From: Candidatus Multivorans sp.
GTDB taxonomy: Bacteria; Acidobacteriota; Thermoanaerobaculia; Multivoradales; Multivoraceae
Length of the DNA stretch: 64,000 bases
NCBI GenBank assembly: GCA_965238135.1
Contig: OZ250177.1
Location: 3,408,236 to 3,472,235 of the forward strand
Reading direction: 5' to 3'
Every line of letters begins with the position of its first letter. Positions within the stretch are counted from its first letter, which is position 1. The notes under the pieces were generated by a model, which saw only the letters and a program-made list of their open reading frames with translations, was not told where the DNA came from and ran no database searches. This document shows positions 60,932-64,000 of this stretch, piece after piece. A program made the position numbers and the translations under genes.

Positions 60932-61873
60932 CACCAGGGCTTTCCTGGCGTCTTCCCAGATCCCCTCGAGAGCCTGATCGAAACCGCGCCGCGGATTCCA
61001 GCCCAGGGCACGGAGACGGCTCCCGTCACCGCAGAGGACCGGAACGTCCGCGGGCCTCTGGCGGTCGGGATCCTCGCGGATTTCGGTGTCGACGCCACTG
61101 ATCTCGATCAGTCGCCGGAGCGCCGCGGCCAGTTCGATCGCTTCGCCGCGAGCGATGTTGTACGCGCAGCCCGGTTCGCCGCGCTCGACGAGCATGGCGT
61201 AAGCGTCCGCCCCGTCGTCGATGTGGATGAAATCGCGGCGTGAAATCAGGTTGCCGACACCAAGCACGGGTTCCTTCCGACCGGCCTCGATCTCCGCAAG
61301 TTGCGCGGCGAAGGAGGGCAATGCGAACTGCACGCTTTGGCCGGGGCCGATCAGGTTGAAGGAGCGCACCGCGATGGCGCCCTGGCCGAGAGTCAGCCGC
61401 TCGACCGCAGCCTTGGTCACTGCATAGGGGGACCGGGGGCGGAGGGGCCGCTCCTCTCCGACAGGGAGTTCGCTCTCGGGGACCCGCCCGTAGACCTCGG
61501 CGCTCGAGGCGACCACCAGGCGGCACGAGTCGGAGAGTGCCCGCGCCGCGGCGGCCACGAACTCGGAGCCCTCCACGTTGACCCGGTAGTAGTCGTCGAT
61601 CCGCTGCCAGGAGGCGCCGACGTCGGAAAGCCCGGCGAGGTGCACCACCGCGTCCGGCGCGTGCTCCCCAAAAACCCGTTCCACCGCGCCGCGGTCGCAG
61701 ATGTCGAGTTCGACCCAATCGCACCTGTGGTGCGGCGGGGTAGCGGCCGGGGAGTCGGCCAGGGCGGCGTCTGGACCATGGCAGGCGATGACGGTGGCGC
61801 CGCGTTCGAGCAACCGGGGCACGAGGCGCCCGCCGACGAAGCCCTCCGCGCCGGTGACGAGAACGCGGGTCAT
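60896..61873 (-). CDS. NAD-dependent nucleotide-sugar epimerase/dehydratase (SDR)
   Basis: VLVTGAEGFVGGRL is the Rossmann motif, with SSAEVYG and a YAVTK catalytic Y-x-x-x-K. Its 3' end overlaps the ogt 3' end by 36 bp. Confidence 0.85.
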   Translation of the reverse strand: MTRVLVTGAEGFVGGRLVPRLLERGATVIACHGPDAALADSPAATPPHHRCDWVELDICDRGAVERVFGEHAPDAVVHLAGLSDVGASWQRIDDYYRVNVEGSEFVAAAARALSDSCRLVVASSAEVYGRVPESELPVGEERPLRPRSPYAVTKAAVERLTLGQGAIAVRSFNLIGPGQSVQFALPSFAAQLAEIEAGRKEPVLGVGNLISRRDFIHIDDGADAYAMLVERGEPGCAYNIARGEAIELAAALRRLIEISGVDTEIREDPDRQRPADVPVLCGDGSRLRALGWNPRRGFDQALEGIWEDARKALVLAGSVAPLQGE

Positions 61874-62748
61874 GACTCGGCCTTGCCTTGCCGCAGGCGT
61901 TCGAAGTACTCGTCGAGACCGGGCCGCCAGCCCTCGACTTCACGGTTCGTCAGGGCCTCGAAATGTGCCGTATCAAGCACGGAGTAGGCGGGCCGCGCGG
62001 CCGGCCGGGTCAGCTCGGAGGACTCGATCGGCGTGATTGGCGCGTTCAGTCCCAGGGCATCGGCGATGGCGAAGGCGAAACCGTGCCAGGACGTCGCCGG
62101 CGTATTGCAGTAGTGGACGATACCGGAGGCGCCGGCAGAGGCGAGATCGACCAGCGCCCGTGCCAGGTAGGGGGCGTAGGTGGGGCAACCGACCTGATCG
62201 GACACCACCCGCAGGGGCTTGCCCTGGCCGATGCGCGAAGCGACCGACGAAACGAAGTTCCGACCCTCGGGGCCGAACACCCAGCTCGTGCGGACGACGA
62301 GACCGCCGGCGTCGAGAACTCCCCGCTCGCCGGGGAGCTTCGAACGGCCGTAGGCGGTCTGCGGCGCGGTGGCGTCACCTTCGCAGTAGGGCCGCCGGCC
62401 GCGGCCGTCGAACACATAGTCGGTGGAAACGTGGATCAGGCGGCAGTCGGACGGCAGGGCCGCCGCCAGCCGCTGAGGCGCTCTGCCGTTGACCTCCATG
62501 GCCAGATCCAGGTTGCTCTCGCAGCCGTCGACATCGGTGTAGGCCGCGCAGTTGTAGACGGCGCGGGCGCCGAACCGTGCGGCGAGCGCGGCGGTCCCGT
62601 CGGTATCGCAGAGGTCCGCGCGGCCACGGTCGGCGGCGAGCACTTCCGCGCCATGCCGCCGGAGTTCGTCGGCCACCTCGCGTCCAAGCTGGCCCGCTGC
62701 CCCCAGCACGACCGCCCTGGGAGCGTCGCCACCGGTGCCTTCGATCAC
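61870..62748 (-). CDS. rfbD: dTDP-4-dehydrorhamnose reductase
   Basis: VLGAAGQLG...NCAAYTDVD...VSTDYVFDG...YGRSK follows the RmlD pattern. It is coupled to the downstream epimerase gene by an ATGA overlap. Confidence 0.8.
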   Translation of the reverse strand: MIEGTGGDAPRAVVLGAAGQLGREVADELRRHGAEVLAADRGRADLCDTDGTAALAARFGARAVYNCAAYTDVDGCESNLDLAMEVNGRAPQRLAAALPSDCRLIHVSTDYVFDGRGRRPYCEGDATAPQTAYGRSKLPGERGVLDAGGLVVRTSWVFGPEGRNFVSSVASRIGQGKPLRVVSDQVGCPTYAPYLARALVDLASAGASGIVHYCNTPATSWHGFAFAIADALGLNAPITPIESSELTRPAARPAYSVLDTAHFEALTNREVEGWRPGLDEYFERLRQGKAES

Positions 62749-64000
62749 AGCGTTTCGCTCTGGCCGCCAGTGATGTCGAAGAAGGAGCCGACGCTCTTGA
62801 GCGTGACCAGCAGCCGGTACTGGGTGTCCTGGCGCCGGGTGGTGCGGAAGTTGGCGACCTCCAGGCGGAGACCGAAGCAGCAGGCCTGGTAGTCGATTAC
62901 GTGGCGCTGCATCTGCAGGACTCTCTGCTCGATGTCGTAGCTCACCATGCTGTTCAGGCGCAGCTTGCTCGGGATCAGCTCCAAGCCGGCCGAGACCTGT
63001 ACGTGGTGGCGGCGCGTCCTGTCCAGTTCGGGATTGCGGCGCACCGCCCAGCGAAGACCGAGCGAACTCGTGTCGCCGACACCCACAGTTGCCGAGATCC
63101 CGGTCGAAGAGAACTGGGAGAACAGGGTGTCGTAGAGCGCGTCGAAGCGGATGCCTGTGCGCCGGGACGGATTGAACCGCAGCAGGGCGCCGACGGGACC
63201 GTTCTGGCTGGTGAGGGAGCGGTCCAGCGAGCGCAGCAGCGGTTTCTCACTGTCGAGCGACAGGTCCCGGAAGAACTCGACCGAGAGGAACTCGAAGGCG
63301 CCGCCCTCTTCGGGATCGGCCGGCTTGGCGAGCAGACGGTTGAACAGGCTGAAGCGGGCGACGTTGCGTCCGCGCAGGTTGTCGACCTCGTCGAACAGTG
63401 GGATGCGGAAACGGTCGTCGAAGTCTTCGAAGTAGGCATAGACGACGCGGGGCTCGATCAAGTGCTTCATCCGCGAGAAGCGCCCACCCTCCCCAAGTTC
63501 GAAGATGCGCGAGAACCCGGGGCCGACGATCTCGGCGCGAGCGGTGGGAACCAGCCGCATCAGATCCTCGCCCCGGAAGTCCGTGTCGCTCATCGCGGCC
63601 CTTCGTTCCTGGGCGGTCATCAGGCTGTCGCCGTACCAGGTCAGGTGACCGCCGGCGGTGAGCGACAGGGACAGCCAGGTCGCCATCCGTATGGGAACGC
63701 TGATCTCCGGCTGCAGATTGGCGCGCGCGTAGCGGCCGACGCGCCGGGCTGAGCGGTTGGTGTCGAGATAGTGCAGCGAGCTCTTCAACTGCACGTAGAC
63801 AGGCGAGTCTCCCAGCCGCGTGGAACGCAGCTTGTACTCGATCTCGGGCAGTTGGCGCAGTTGGACCGTGCGCTCAGCCGAGATGAACGTCTTGCGTTGG
63901 TCGAGCTGGACGTTGATGGACTGGCTGCCCCAGTTCCGGGTCATGAAGGCGGTCGAGTAGAGCTGGCGCCGACTGTTGCGATCGACCCGGCGTTCGAAGT
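62745..64000 (-). CDS. lptD: LPS-assembly outer-membrane protein LptD, 5' partial
   Basis: KHLIEPRVVYAYFEDFDDRFRIPLFDEVD and the C-terminal YQACCFGLRLEV...LVTLKSVG follow the OstA_C pattern. The frame stays open to the window edge. Confidence 0.75.
   Translation of the reverse strand, partial: FERRVDRNSRRQLYSTAFMTRNWGSQSINVQLDQRKTFISAERTVQLRQLPEIEYKLRSTRLGDSPVYVQLKSSLHYLDTNRSARRVGRYARANLQPEISVPIRMATWLSLSLTAGGHLTWYGDSLMTAQERRAAMSDTDFRGEDLMRLVPTARAEIVGPGFSRIFELGEGGRFSRMKHLIEPRVVYAYFEDFDDRFRIPLFDEVDNLRGRNVARFSLFNRLLAKPADPEEGGAFEFLSVEFFRDLSLDSEKPLLRSLDRSLTSQNGPVGALLRFNPSRRTGIRFDALYDTLFSQFSSTGISATVGVGDTSSLGLRWAVRRNPELDRTRRHHVQVSAGLELIPSKLRLNSMVSYDIEQRVLQMQRHVIDYQACCFGLRLEVANFRTTRRQDTQYRLLVTLKSVGSFFDITGGQSETL

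Overview
GC-rich bacterial chromosomal window (roughly two-thirds G+C or more by eye). lptD shows the organism is a diderm. An environmental Acidobacteriota- or Gemmatimonadota-like genome is only a guess.

The right half (29-64 kb) is intact core genome:
- ftsB, mfd and two SurA/PpiC-type isomerases.
- A complete, very tightly packed dcw cluster: mraZ-rsmH-ftsL-ftsI-murE-murF-mraY-murD-ftsW-murG-murC-ftsQ-ftsA-ftsZ, with no murB or ddl.
- argS.
- A translationally coupled glycosyltransferase operon: a PIG-L/GT2/coiled-coil fusion, GT4, GT2, GT2 and a PEGA protein.
- ogt, two nucleotide-sugar enzymes and lptD (5' partial).

The left half (0-29 kb) is accessory and visibly decayed:
- A CRTAC1-like FG-GAP protein and two divergent paralogous Cys-type sulfatases.
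- An aldo/keto reductase, a proline-racemase-family enzyme, an Fe(III)-type ABC importer and an MFS transporter.
- A five-heme PA14 cytochrome paired with a beta-propeller dehydrogenase-like gene.
- Three PIN-type toxin-antitoxin pairs.
- An initiator tRNA with a degenerate tandem copy.
- About ten gene remnants: amidohydrolase, M24 and M28 peptidases, DUF885, ThuA, TPR/FG-GAP, DctP, an AKR paralogue and a transporter C-terminus.
- Three copies of a 34-bp REP-like hairpin repeat.

The best candidate for an undescribed system is a lower-GC cassette at about 10.7-12.6 kb. It holds three co-directional genes (a TIGR04255-like protein plus two unknowns) with their own near-consensus promoter. It sits exactly where a DUF885 gene is cut off.

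Other notable signals:
- A perfect 52-bp duplication of the ftsZ 3' end.
- A 10-bp-periodic AAAGTGG array upstream of mraZ.
- An apparent 1-nt indel at the murE 5' end.
- An M28/AKR chimeric junction at a shared DDL motif.

No CRISPR array, integrase, transposase or rRNA gene was seen. All family assignments come from motif recognition by eye, not from database searches.
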